A DNA stretch of 64,000 nt, taken from NCBI GenBank assembly GCA_965215015.1, contig OZ244042.1, positions 1,568,001 through 1,632,000 of the forward strand. Reading direction: 5' to 3'. Below, piece by piece: positions 11,116 to 19,984 of this stretch (its first letter is position 1; every line of letters starts with the position of its first letter). Origin of the DNA: Candidatus Poribacteria bacterium (GTDB lineage: Bacteria > Poribacteria > WGA-4E > PCPOR2b). A model generated the notes under the pieces. That model saw only the letters and a program-made list of their open reading frames with translations. It ran no database searches and was not told the DNA's origin. Made by a program: the position numbers and the translations under genes.

Positions 11116-11361
11116 AACTATAGCGGCACCTATGTAGCGATGTCTGTCCACCTGGATCTGAATCGAGCCTGTAATCCTGTGGCGCAACATTGCTGGTATC
11201 TGATATTGCACAAACAAGACACACGGATAGAGCAATTGAACCAGCTACTTGCTATGCAGACAAAGCAAAATAGCCAATTATAGCACAACTGCCACTACCT
11301 CGTTAAACGATAGTAGAGCGTATCGGAAAACTATTCACAAAGTTCAAGACTCACGGGGCAT

Positions 11362-11433
11362 AAAAAAAAGGGTATCTTAGGCGGATTGTTAGCGGCTTGA
11401 AGCCGTAAGCTAACAATCTCCCAAGACACCCCC
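11362..11433 (-). terminator. Long hairpin with U8 tail (terminator or structured RNA)
   Basis: Minus-strand nested stems GGGTGTCTTGGG/CCTAAGATACCC, GATTGTTAGC/GCTAACAATC, CGGCT/AGCCG then T8; G:U pairs favour the minus strand. Confidence 0.7.
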
Positions 11434-11456
11434 TTGTTCTCATACTGTTGGGATTG

Positions 11457-11782
11457 CTACAGTGCATCATCGGGATGAGTATGACCCGAAGACACATCAC
11501 CAGAAGGTGCCCCTCGACGCTCCCGCTCAAATCGACGAGCCTCTTCAGGGTCAGACTTCTTCAGACGACGAAGCCCTTCCTCCGTGCCGTACTGGTCTAT
11601 CAACTGTTGCGCCTTATCGGTATTGTGGAAAGGGTTGTGGGGCTGTGGTTTATGGAATAGCCAATCGCACCCCCAGGCATCTGCCTCTACCTTATCGGCT
11701 TGAAAAACGGCTATCACCAAAAAACACCAGTTAAAACAACGACAAGTAAAAGTATTGCTGTGAACCTTCGGGCAGTCAACAT
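11457..11782 (-). pseudogene. Small secreted-protein gene frameshifted in a T6 tract
   Basis: AGGAG-8 nt-ATG; MLTARRFTAILLLVVVLTG joins FLVIAVFQADKVEA-DAWGCDW if T6 (11719-11724) were T7. Confidence 0.6.
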
Positions 11783-11811
11783 AAAAACATCTCCTGTAAG
11801 TAACGAGAAAT

Positions 11812-11856
11812 AAAAAAAGGGGAGTGTCCAAATAATTCCGTTAAAGACACTCCCTA
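11812..11856 (-). terminator. Hairpin with U tail
   Basis: GGGAGTGTC...GACACTCCC then T7. Confidence 0.6.
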
Positions 11857-11894
11857 GTCTGTAGCGTTTGCGCTACCATTCCGCATGAGCCTAT

Positions 11895-11942
11895 TATTTT
11901 TCAGGATAGTCCCTCGGATATTTTTCAGGACAGTCCCTCGGA
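11895..11942. repeat. Tandem 24-bp direct repeat x2
   Basis: TATTTTTCAGGAYAGTCCCTCGGA, one mismatch. Confidence 0.9.
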
Positions 11943-11947
11943 CCGCC

Positions 11948-12277
11948 TCAAACCATCGTTTTACTCGATGAGTAAAGGTAGGCTCTTTTCAATTTAGCAA
12001 GTGCTGTATTGATGATTTGACTCACGCGCCCCTTCGTCACACCAAGGACTTCGGCTATCTCAACTGCCGTGAAACCCTCAAAAAATTTCAACTTCAAGAC
12101 CGTCCGTTCCTGCTTGGACAAACGCCCTAGAAGCTGTGGAAGCAACCGCTCGAATTGCTCAACAACCCTGCGAATCACCTGTTCATTAACGCCTTCACAT
12201 TGACGCGCATCGGCTACCAACCCATCAACCAATGGATTGGGCGGTTCAAATTCATGTTTTTTTTTGGAGTTGGGCAA
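11948..12277 (-). CDS. Sigma-70 region 4 HTH protein (probably 3' half of a frameshifted gene 11948-12524)
   Basis: LSKQERTVLKLKFFEGFTAVEIAEVLGVTKGRVSQIINTALAKLK. Confidence 0.8.
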   Translation of the reverse strand: MPNSKKKHEFEPPNPLVDGLVADARQCEGVNEQVIRRVVEQFERLLPQLLGRLSKQERTVLKLKFFEGFTAVEIAEVLGVTKGRVSQIINTALAKLKRAYLYSSSKTMV

Positions 12278-12524
12278 TGGAAAATTCCCAACTCCTTTCT
12301 GGTATCTTCAATTCAGGGTTGTTGACCACATCAGACAGATCTTCATCGTCATCGTCCTCAGTCCAGTGCATAAACTCGCTTTCCGCTTGCTGTTGTTCTG
12401 CCAGTACTAGCTGCGTCTCTGCCTCTACCAGTTCAATGTCGATTTCATAAAGCTCTTCAGCATCAGACAGATCTTTATCCTCCACCTCTGGCCAGCGAGG
12501 GGTGATTGGCTTTTTGCTTTTCAT
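12252..12524 (-). CDS. Acidic hypothetical protein (probably 5' half of the same gene)
   Basis: D/E-rich 90 aa; overlaps the next ORF across an A9 tract. Confidence 0.55.
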   Translation of the reverse strand: MKSKKPITPRWPEVEDKDLSDAEELYEIDIELVEAETQLVLAEQQQAESEFMHWTEDDDDEDLSDVVNNPELKIPERSWEFSIAQLQKKT

Positions 12525-12672
12525 CGCTAATTTCCTGAATCGCTATGCTCCCTCAAGCAGTCATAGAACGCTGTATCCGCGCTTGCTGCTTTTTTTTCTA
12601 TAGCTGGATTCGTGTGCCCCTATAAATCTTGGGGATACACCCATAAAGGATTTTTGATAACCTACTTATACA

Positions 12673-12996
12673 TTAACCGGCACTTAAACAGTTGCTTGGA
12701 CATGGTTCATCTACATAGAAATAGTCCCCATATGTCGTACTCAGGAGCGTATTAATCTGCCAAATGTTGTAATCACCACAATATTCCCAGGTCTCGAAAT
12801 ACGCGGTAACGTACCAGTGCCAGTTGATTCTTTGATACTTGACACGTTGGGCATATTCTCCACTAGTATAACATTGCCAGGTGTTGGAACTAGAAACTTC
12901 ACCTGCTCCTCGTGTGGTTATATAATCTGAGGCTGTGCCTTCCTCCAATAAGTTATCATCGCAATAGGAGGGAGGCCACTTGTGTAATTTCATCAA
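12673..12996 (-). CDS. Cys/aromatic-rich small hypothetical protein, 5' end probably disrupted
   Basis: 107-aa Y/W/C-rich ORF; its 5' end overlaps an integrase-like fragment. Confidence 0.4.
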   Translation of the reverse strand: MMKLHKWPPSYCDDNLLEEGTASDYITTRGAGEVSSSNTWQCYTSGEYAQRVKYQRINWHWYVTAYFETWEYCGDYNIWQINTLLSTTYGDYFYVDEPCPSNCLSAG

Positions 12997-13125
12997 CGAC
13001 CGGAAATCTCCCCTGCTTGCGGGGGAAAAAGGGGGTATTCCTTTCCAGCCATTTGACCGCTGAGATGGTTTGGCTAATCGTTGCTGGTGACTTGCCCTGT
13101 TGGTGCAGGGGCGTGATGTATTCCG
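12975..13125 (-). pseudogene. Possible tyrosine recombinase N-terminal fragment
   Basis: EYITPLHQQGKSPATISQTISAVKW resembles the integrase core-binding helix (GxSPATI). Confidence 0.4.
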
Positions 13126-13283
13126 CTATCACATACTCGCTATTATAACCGTCAATCAACGCTTCAGCGCAAGTGAGGTCGTGCTGTTGACCTGCTGTCA
13201 ATATAAAGCGGAATGGATAACCTAAGCCATCAACAGCGATGTGAATTTTGGTTGAAAATCCACCCCGACTGCGTCCTAGTGCT
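13126..13283 (-). mobile_element. IS5-family transposase fragment
   Basis: ALGRSRGGFSTKIHIAVDGLGYPFRFILTAGQQHD. Confidence 0.8.
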
Positions 13284-13286
13284 TAC

Positions 13287-14273
13287 TCAAATCGTAGGCT
13301 TCACCGAAAAAACTCGGTTTCTGAGTCTTTTCCCACCAAGGTCGCAACTCAGGTTATTTTTATGCCCTCGTTGCTTCAATTGACGGATGAAATCAACCTC
13401 AAGCTGCCGGTTATGTTCGATCGTCCACTTCCTTGCATCACTCCGATTGCCTAAATAGAAGCGCGAACCTACCAAGCAAATCCCCACCGCATCCACATAA
13501 CGTTCCTCACGTATTGAATCCACTAATAGATAGAGCACAACTGCATTGATTGCACTGGAGATTAACCCGTCTTCCAGCTTGCCGGCGTAAATCTGTCCAG
13601 TCCCCGGCAGAACGGTGGACATCCATTGAGCCAGCCGGGGAGACTTGAAGGGCAGGGGGGTGTTTGTATAAGTTATGTCAGCAAGCTGAGCGGAAACTTG
13701 ACTGAGCGGAGTATCTGGTTGAAGCTGTTCGACTGTGCGGAACTCCGCTATCGCTTTAAACCAAGCCTGCTCATGAATATAACACCAACCCCGTAGGTAT
13801 CGTGCCTGTGCTGCTGTCTCCCCGCCCGCGTCTGCACTAGCAATCTGAAAAAAAGTCGATCTGGCAGTCGAATAGTTTTTGGCATCAAAGTCCGTCCTGC
13901 CGAGCATCAATTGCGCCTGAAGGTAAAGCGGGGTATTGAGAGAATTTTGCTTAATTTCCTCGAACTTCTGCCGAGCCAATTCTCGGTTCCCTTGATGATA
14001 ATAGCTCAATCCAATCCGGTAACGCGCACGGTCTGCCTTAGCTGTGTTAGGTTGATAAAAAAGCAACCGCTTGTATTCGAGGATTGCGGAGCGATAAGCG
14101 CGTTGCTCGAAAAGATGATCGGCATAAAGGGATTGACGCATCTCAAATTGGGGTTGAACGATGGTAAGCAGGGAAACTAAAAAGTAAGAGAGCATCGACA
14201 AATCCCCCAACGAAAAGTGGTTGAGAATGGGAAGGAGGGCTGGTAGATAATTCGTTCCTCCAATCGCGCTCAC
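13287..14273 (-). CDS. TPR protein with C-terminal membrane segment
   Basis: TPR repeats; MSTVLPGTGQIYAG; paralogue of the neighbouring gene; start uncertain. Confidence 0.8.
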   Translation of the reverse strand: MSAIGGTNYLPALLPILNHFSLGDLSMLSYFLVSLLTIVQPQFEMRQSLYADHLFEQRAYRSAILEYKRLLFYQPNTAKADRARYRIGLSYYHQGNRELARQKFEEIKQNSLNTPLYLQAQLMLGRTDFDAKNYSTARSTFFQIASADAGGETAAQARYLRGWCYIHEQAWFKAIAEFRTVEQLQPDTPLSQVSAQLADITYTNTPLPFKSPRLAQWMSTVLPGTGQIYAGKLEDGLISSAINAVVLYLLVDSIREERYVDAVGICLVGSRFYLGNRSDARKWTIEHNRQLEVDFIRQLKQRGHKNNLSCDLGGKRLRNRVFSVKPTI

Positions 14274-14278
14274 AGATG

Positions 14279-15226
14279 CTAAAAGCGAGCACCTAACAAC
14301 ACAAGGACTATATCGGATGGCTGTCGATCTGAAGTGCTGAACAGATCGGATTCAGAAATCTGTCTTCGGAGTCCATCTCGGAGCTGATTTTCGTATTGAT
14401 GGTTAAAAGTCTTCGCGGACTGCAAGCTATCATAAACGTTGTTAAAATAAAAAAATAGTCCGATGATACCCAGCGGAATCGCAACCTCGTAGCGTTCCTG
14501 ATGGGTATAGTAAGCTGTTCCCGCAGCAGTCGTACCGACGGTCAATAGGGAAGACACTCCCGCCGAATAACGCCCACTATAAACTTGTCCAAGCCCCGGG
14601 AAAAATGTCGAAAGTAAGCCAGCGGTAATAGGAGACCGGCGGGGAAGCGATTCTGCCTGTTGAGCTATACGTATTAATTGATCGCTCATTTCCGCGAAGG
14701 GTGTTTGTGAGTATGTCGTCCGAATCTGCTTCCACTCCTGTACTGCAGCTGTCCAATCTTTTTTGTCCATATAGATTGTTGCAATAATAAACTGTGCACG
14801 GGGTGCTAACTTGCTCTCTGGATAGTCCGATAAGAATTGCCGGAGCGATGCAATTGGTGCGGTTTGATTGCCACTCAGAAGCTGGCATTGTGCGATATTT
14901 GATCGGGCACGTTCGACGAATGGGCTTTGTGGATAGTTCTGGATTAATGATTGATAAGCTTCTATTGCCGTGTTCAAACGCCCAGCATTCTGATATGCCG
15001 CAGCGATATGGAGTTGAACAAAGTCTGCTTGGGTTGTATTCGGGTAAAGGAACAGGTAACGTTGATATTCATGCACAGCATTCAGGTAGTCCCTTTCTCG
15101 AAAGAGGGATTGCGCGAAACCCAATAGATTATCAGCATTAACGTTTTGTGAATGGACAGGGGGAGATATGAATAGAGGGAGACAGCAGGAATACCAACAG
15201 AGGAGTAAAAAAAATCTCAATTTCAT
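14279..15226 (-). CDS. Secreted BamD/YfiO-like TPR protein with C-terminal membrane segment
   Basis: Signal peptide; NYPQSP and DYPESK TPR turns; LSTFFPGLGQVYSG. Confidence 0.82.
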   Translation of the reverse strand: MKLRFFLLLCWYSCCLPLFISPPVHSQNVNADNLLGFAQSLFRERDYLNAVHEYQRYLFLYPNTTQADFVQLHIAAAYQNAGRLNTAIEAYQSLIQNYPQSPFVERARSNIAQCQLLSGNQTAPIASLRQFLSDYPESKLAPRAQFIIATIYMDKKDWTAAVQEWKQIRTTYSQTPFAEMSDQLIRIAQQAESLPRRSPITAGLLSTFFPGLGQVYSGRYSAGVSSLLTVGTTAAGTAYYTHQERYEVAIPLGIIGLFFYFNNVYDSLQSAKTFNHQYENQLRDGLRRQISESDLFSTSDRQPSDIVLVLLGARF

Positions 15227-15320
15227 ATGGGTATTAGAGTAAACAGTTTACCGGGAGAAAGTTCCGGCTCAGCTTGAGGGTCGAAGGCGTGTGCTTTTAT
15301 TAATTCAGTCGAGCACCCCC

Positions 15321-15992
15321 TCAACCTGACGAAGCTGCTTGGCGTAAGACGTGGATTGCGCGCTGGAGATTATCACCCCCGAAAATTGCGGTGCCAGCCA
15401 CTAAAATTGTTGCGCCGCAACGCCCAACCAACGCGGCGGTTTCTTGGTTGATTCCACCATCAACTTCGATTGCGACGTTCAGTTTTCGAGTTTGAATCAG
15501 CTGCGAGAGTCTGTCAATTTTATCGAGCGTGTCCATTTGGAACGACTGCCCACCGAATCCCGGTTCAACACTCATTGGCAGAACCAAGTCAATATCACTG
15601 AGATAGGGTTCGACCGCTGTTACGGGTGTCTTGGGACGCAGAGCGATGCCAACTTTGACATCACAGTTTTTAATTTCATCGATAATCATCGGGAATTGTT
15701 CCGCTAGTTCAATGTGAACGGTGATAAGATCTGCGCCCGCATCAACGAAGGCATCAATATACGCCTGCGGTTTAGTGATCATTAGATGCACATCAAAGGG
15801 CAGATCCGTATAGGACCGGATTGACTTAATCAGCTGAGGTCCCATTGTTAAATTCGGGACGAAGTGCCCATCCATCACATCAAGGTGGATAAGGTCTGCC
15901 CCTGCTTCAGCCACTCGGCAAACCTCCTCACCGATTCGGCTAAAATCTGACGCAAGCATGGAGGGTGCGATCATAATTTTTCGTTCCAACAA
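15321..15992 (-). CDS. rpe: Ribulose-phosphate 3-epimerase
   Basis: HLDVMDGHFVPNLT, DVHLM, PGFGGQ, EVDGG. Confidence 0.97.
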   Translation of the reverse strand: MLERKIMIAPSMLASDFSRIGEEVCRVAEAGADLIHLDVMDGHFVPNLTMGPQLIKSIRSYTDLPFDVHLMITKPQAYIDAFVDAGADLITVHIELAEQFPMIIDEIKNCDVKVGIALRPKTPVTAVEPYLSDIDLVLPMSVEPGFGGQSFQMDTLDKIDRLSQLIQTRKLNVAIEVDGGINQETAALVGRCGATILVAGTAIFGGDNLQRAIHVLRQAASSG

Positions 15993-16065
15993 TTGCTCAC
16001 CTCACAATGTCCATCTAATTTTTGCCAATCCTATCCATTTTGTGGTGAAAACCGTTACATCTTGC

Positions 16066-17049
16066 CTACCAATCAAACTCCTGCCTTTTGACTAGCACGT
16101 TGCCTTCGTAGATTCGTATTATTGCGTTACCCACAACGCGCATCGGTGGCCTCTCGACCAGCGTACCGGCCTGATACAATCCATCAACAACCGTGATTAA
16201 CCTTTCGCGTTCATCCTCAACGACAATCCGTACCCGTTTGTGAGACGCACCGGTTGATGAAACTCTATGTTTTATTTCCAAATAACCTCCCCTGTCTGCT
16301 CTCCTTAGCTGTGATCCGCTAATTTCAAAATTGACAGTCTGCCCAACCCGCAGCAGTTCATCCATCCTCGGCTGATGACTGATAATCTCACCTTGATCAA
16401 TTTCCGGGTGTGGTCTATAAACCAATTCACCGATTTGGAGTCCATGTGATACAAGTAAGGAACGTGCCTCATCAATTGGCATAGAGCGGAGGTCGGGCAT
16501 TCGCAACACTTTTGAGCGGATACCTAAGCTTAACAGCAAATGAACTTCGCTGTCATACGGGTGCAGCGTAGCTGCCTGAGGGGTTTGTGCGATAACAGTA
16601 TTGACCTCTGGATACTGATCGGTGTGGACCGCTGCAACCCGTCCCCGCCGCAATCCAGCGTCTGTGAGTAACAGCTCGGCATCGTTCAGTAACCTCCCTG
16701 TAACATTAGGTATCGGAACTTTTTCACTACCCGAACTCAAAGTAAGCCGAACGGGTTTGTTCAATTTAATCTTGAAATTCGCCGATGGCTCTTGCTCAAT
16801 CACTTGCCCCTCTGGAAACTCGGAGCTCGGTTTCTGTTCCTGCACTGGATCAACTACCAATCCTGTGCTATTAATAAGCTGCACTGCTTGTTGATAACTT
16901 TGTCCTATTAGGTTGGGCACAGCAACTTCCGGGGGGCGGACTTGACGCGGGATGAACCAAAAGAGAAAAACCAACCCAATAACACCAATCACCCCGAAAC
17001 AAATTAGCGCGACTTTGATGACAGCAAATAATATGGCATTTCGGCGCAT
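16066..17049 (-). CDS. Membrane-anchored protein with 3 PASTA domains, no kinase
   Basis: N-terminal TM; VPNLIG, IPNVTG, MPDLRS repeats. Confidence 0.9.
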   Translation of the reverse strand: MRRNAILFAVIKVALICFGVIGVIGLVFLFWFIPRQVRPPEVAVPNLIGQSYQQAVQLINSTGLVVDPVQEQKPSSEFPEGQVIEQEPSANFKIKLNKPVRLTLSSGSEKVPIPNVTGRLLNDAELLLTDAGLRRGRVAAVHTDQYPEVNTVIAQTPQAATLHPYDSEVHLLLSLGIRSKVLRMPDLRSMPIDEARSLLVSHGLQIGELVYRPHPEIDQGEIISHQPRMDELLRVGQTVNFEISGSQLRRADRGGYLEIKHRVSSTGASHKRVRIVVEDERERLITVVDGLYQAGTLVERPPMRVVGNAIIRIYEGNVLVKRQEFDW

Positions 17050-17059
17050 ATTCGACCTA

Positions 17060-18091
17060 TTAATCTATTGACGTTTCTCTATGAAAGAGTCGATCGCCTG
17101 TTTTCACCCGATACCCGTTTATAAAGGCACGAGCGTCTATTTCCTTTTTGTTTGCAGGTTGGACGCGATCTAACCGTAAGTGCTTGTCTCCCGATCCGTT
17201 GGGGTTATTTGGTCGCTCAATCTTATCTGGGGCACCCTTTCCGGTAAAGACGATAAGTTCTTTATCAGACGTGACTTCGATTGTACCGTTGGGCAGTCCC
17301 GCAGCATTCAGATAATCGATAACAGTACAAGCCATTACTTTTAGACGGAGGTCATCACCTGTAGGGGCCTTGTCTGTTTTTAGCCACGTATACGCACCAG
17401 GCCAAATTGAGACGCCACGCACCAGATTACGAATCTTATCTGCCGGCTGATTCCAATCAATTAGACCCACCTCCTTGGCGAGTCGGGGAGCATGGGTTGC
17501 TCGGACATGATCTTGGGGTTGATGCGGCGGTGGACCATCTGAGATACGCTCTAACGCCTGAATCAACAAGGCTGGTGCCAGATTCGCCAATCGGGCTGAA
17601 AGGGTGGCGGCATCATCCGAGGCATCAATTGGCAGACTGTTTTGCAGAATAATATCTCCTGTATCTTCCCCTTCATCAAGTAGCATAATCGTGACGCCTG
17701 TTTCCGTTTCACCGTTAATGAGTGCCCATTGAATTGGAGCGGCACCTCGATATTTCGGGAGGCACGAAGGGTGCACATTGAGGCAGCCATAAGGCGGCAG
17801 TCCTAACACCCCTTTAGGAAGAATCTGACCGAAGGCAACAACGACAATTACGTCGGGCCGAAGTTCTTTGAGTGCTTGAACAGAATCACGATGTCGAACC
17901 CGCTCTGGTTGATAAATTGGGAGATTGTGTGCAGCGGCGACAACCTTAACGGGGGTTGGGGTAAGTCGCTTCCCTCTACCACGTGGACGGTCTGGTTGTG
18001 TTACAACACCAACGATCTCAAACCGCGCCGCAATCAATTTTTCTAAGCTCGGGACAGCAAATTCACTTGTTCCCATGAAGAGAATCTTCAT
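17060..18091 (-). CDS. fmt: Methionyl-tRNA formyltransferase
   Basis: FMGTSEFA, VVTQPDRPRGRG, NVHPSCLPKYRGAAPI. Confidence 0.97.
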   Translation of the reverse strand: MKILFMGTSEFAVPSLEKLIAARFEIVGVVTQPDRPRGRGKRLTPTPVKVVAAAHNLPIYQPERVRHRDSVQALKELRPDVIVVVAFGQILPKGVLGLPPYGCLNVHPSCLPKYRGAAPIQWALINGETETGVTIMLLDEGEDTGDIILQNSLPIDASDDAATLSARLANLAPALLIQALERISDGPPPHQPQDHVRATHAPRLAKEVGLIDWNQPADKIRNLVRGVSIWPGAYTWLKTDKAPTGDDLRLKVMACTVIDYLNAAGLPNGTIEVTSDKELIVFTGKGAPDKIERPNNPNGSGDKHLRLDRVQPANKKEIDARAFINGYRVKTGDRLFHRETSID

Positions 18092-18602
18092 TTTCGGTCA
18101 CCGTCTTTCCAGATGATTCCGGTTGAGGTTCAAGCAGTTCTTGATCTTCGGTACGTAGCAGATCGGTAAAAAGAATCCCATTGAGGTGGTCAATTTCATG
18201 TTGCAATACCCGTGCCATTAGGTTGCTTGCATCAAACTCGATTTTGTTCCCAGCCGGCAGCAACCCCTCCACCTTCACAATCGCTGCCCGCCGAACCATC
18301 CCTCGCACCCCCGGCAAGCTCAGGCACCCTTCTTCACCTAGCTCTTCGCCGACGGTCAGTGTGATAACGGGATTAATCAACGCAATCCGTGGATATTCCG
18401 GGTGGTGTCTTTCAATGTCAACGACAATAATCCTTTTGGACACGCCAACCTGCGGTGCCGCCAGACCAATTCCTTGCGCTTCGTACATCGTCTCAAACAT
18501 ATTTTCGATGAGCGGATGTAGATCTGCGTTAATTTCTTGAATAGGGGCAGCCTTTTGGCGCAAGACAGGTGCGTCGTCAGTTTGGATCTCTAAAACAGCC
18601 AT
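18063..18602 (-). CDS. def: Peptide deformylase
   Basis: GIGLAAPQVG, EGCLS, QHEIDHLNG. Confidence 0.97.
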   Translation of the reverse strand: MAVLEIQTDDAPVLRQKAAPIQEINADLHPLIENMFETMYEAQGIGLAAPQVGVSKRIIVVDIERHHPEYPRIALINPVITLTVGEELGEEGCLSLPGVRGMVRRAAIVKVEGLLPAGNKIEFDASNLMARVLQHEIDHLNGILFTDLLRTEDQELLEPQPESSGKTVTENEDSLHGNK

Positions 18603-18638
18603 AATGTAAGAGGTGATGCGTGAAATATGTATAGATTG

Positions 18639-18952
18639 TAGGAGTTATGCACTTGAGTTTGTGGGCGCGCGTTCATTGCACGTCTTTAAGGGCGTAGGCA
18701 TACGGCGTATGTCGTCACCCCCCCCGAATCCCCCTGCAAGCGGAGGGGCGGAGGGGGCCGGCACGCGGAGCGGGCCTACTACTGTCGGATTAATTGTAGT
18801 TGCCCGATTCATCGGGCGTCGTAAGTCGTATTGTCCGGTGATGAGTCACCCAAAGATACCACGACCATCGCGCCATAATCCTGGCTCAACTCCAGGACAG
18901 TCGCACGGCAATGTTTGGTGTTTCCTTTAAGTGCTCAACTACGTAAGTTCTA
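18639..18952. repeat. MITE-like element family A, copy 2
   Basis: TAGGAGTTATGCACTTGAG ... CTCAACTACGTAAGTTCTA; shares CCCCTGCAAGCG, GGCACGCGGAGCG and CCCGATTCATCGGGCG with copy 1. Confidence 0.75.
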
Positions 18953-18985
18953 AATTGATTAAAGTCGATTTGGATCGCTAGCCCA

Positions 18986-19486
18986 TCAAAACAAAATGTG
19001 AACGAGCGGTAAGACAAATTGATCCGGTTCATCGGGGGCCCAATCATTCTGTCCGATATCTCGGATCGGCGGCCGCCGTGGAGGAGTTATACGTTGTGGC
19101 GAAGTAGGAATCAGCTCTTCCGAAGGATTTTTGTCATGCGTGTGCAGCCAATCCCACAAACCAATAAGGAAGGCTAACGATACCGCAGAGGCACCGATAA
19201 TCCTGAAATCTGTAGTGGAGAGCTCGGGTGCAAACTCATTTTGTCGAATCATTTGGATACCACGCACGCCTACATAGCTATGAATTGCTGTAAATGGTAG
19301 GGCAGTGAAGGTAATAATCTCAAAGCGACGCAATGCGCTTTCGTGGTAGACCTCTTCCTCTTGCTGACGAACGGGCGGCGTCTCCGCCTCCGAACCTTCC
19401 TGATATTGGGCCAAAACATTGGTCGTAATAATTGCGGTTAAAATCAGAACGACAAGTAATCTAATTTTCGATCTGTTTCGCTTCAT
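18986..19486 (-). CDS. Hypothetical membrane protein
   Basis: Signal peptide plus 2 hydrophobic segments; overlaps the lspA stop. Confidence 0.7.
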   Translation of the reverse strand: MKRNRSKIRLLVVLILTAIITTNVLAQYQEGSEAETPPVRQQEEEVYHESALRRFEIITFTALPFTAIHSYVGVRGIQMIRQNEFAPELSTTDFRIIGASAVSLAFLIGLWDWLHTHDKNPSEELIPTSPQRITPPRRPPIRDIGQNDWAPDEPDQFVLPLVHILF

Positions 19487-19961
19487 CGTAATCTCCTCGA
19501 TGATGAAATAGGTAAATCATCAACAGGCCAGCACCGATACAGACAGCGGTATCGGCAATATTGAAAGTGGGCCACCAGAGGCCGGGCAGTCGAAATTGGA
19601 TAAAATCTGTGACCTCCCCAAGGCGAATACGGTCAATAAAGTTACCGAGGGCACCCCCAAGCAGGAAGCTGAGTGCGACCTTCATCCATGTGCTTTCGTG
19701 GAATTGCCTGTAATAGTAGGCAATGAACCCCATTGCAACAATCGAGATGAGGACTAGCGGCACGCTGTGCCCCGTCATCAGTCCAAATGCGGCACCGTCA
19801 TTCGTGTCATGGCGGAGGTTGAATATGCCCTGAATGATTACACGTTGACCATGATATGGGATATGTTGTTGAACCAACCACTTGGTGAATTGATCCACCA
19901 ATAATACAGGCAAAGCAATACCGACTAGAGGTAAAATTAATTTTAGTAGTTTTCTCTGCAT
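19461..19961 (-). CDS. lspA: Lipoprotein signal peptidase II
   Basis: DQFTK, NDGAAFG, GALGNFIDR, VTDFI, FNIAD. Confidence 0.97.
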   Translation of the reverse strand: MQRKLLKLILPLVGIALPVLLVDQFTKWLVQQHIPYHGQRVIIQGIFNLRHDTNDGAAFGLMTGHSVPLVLISIVAMGFIAYYYRQFHESTWMKVALSFLLGGALGNFIDRIRLGEVTDFIQFRLPGLWWPTFNIADTAVCIGAGLLMIYLFHHRGDYDEAKQIEN

Positions 19962-19984
19962 TGGAAATGTCCTTGTATATTATG

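Noticed and set aside
18613-18930. Short ORFs over repeats (also 4824-5214 and 32121-32652)
   Set aside because: They lie within palindromic repeat elements and show no protein-like motifs.
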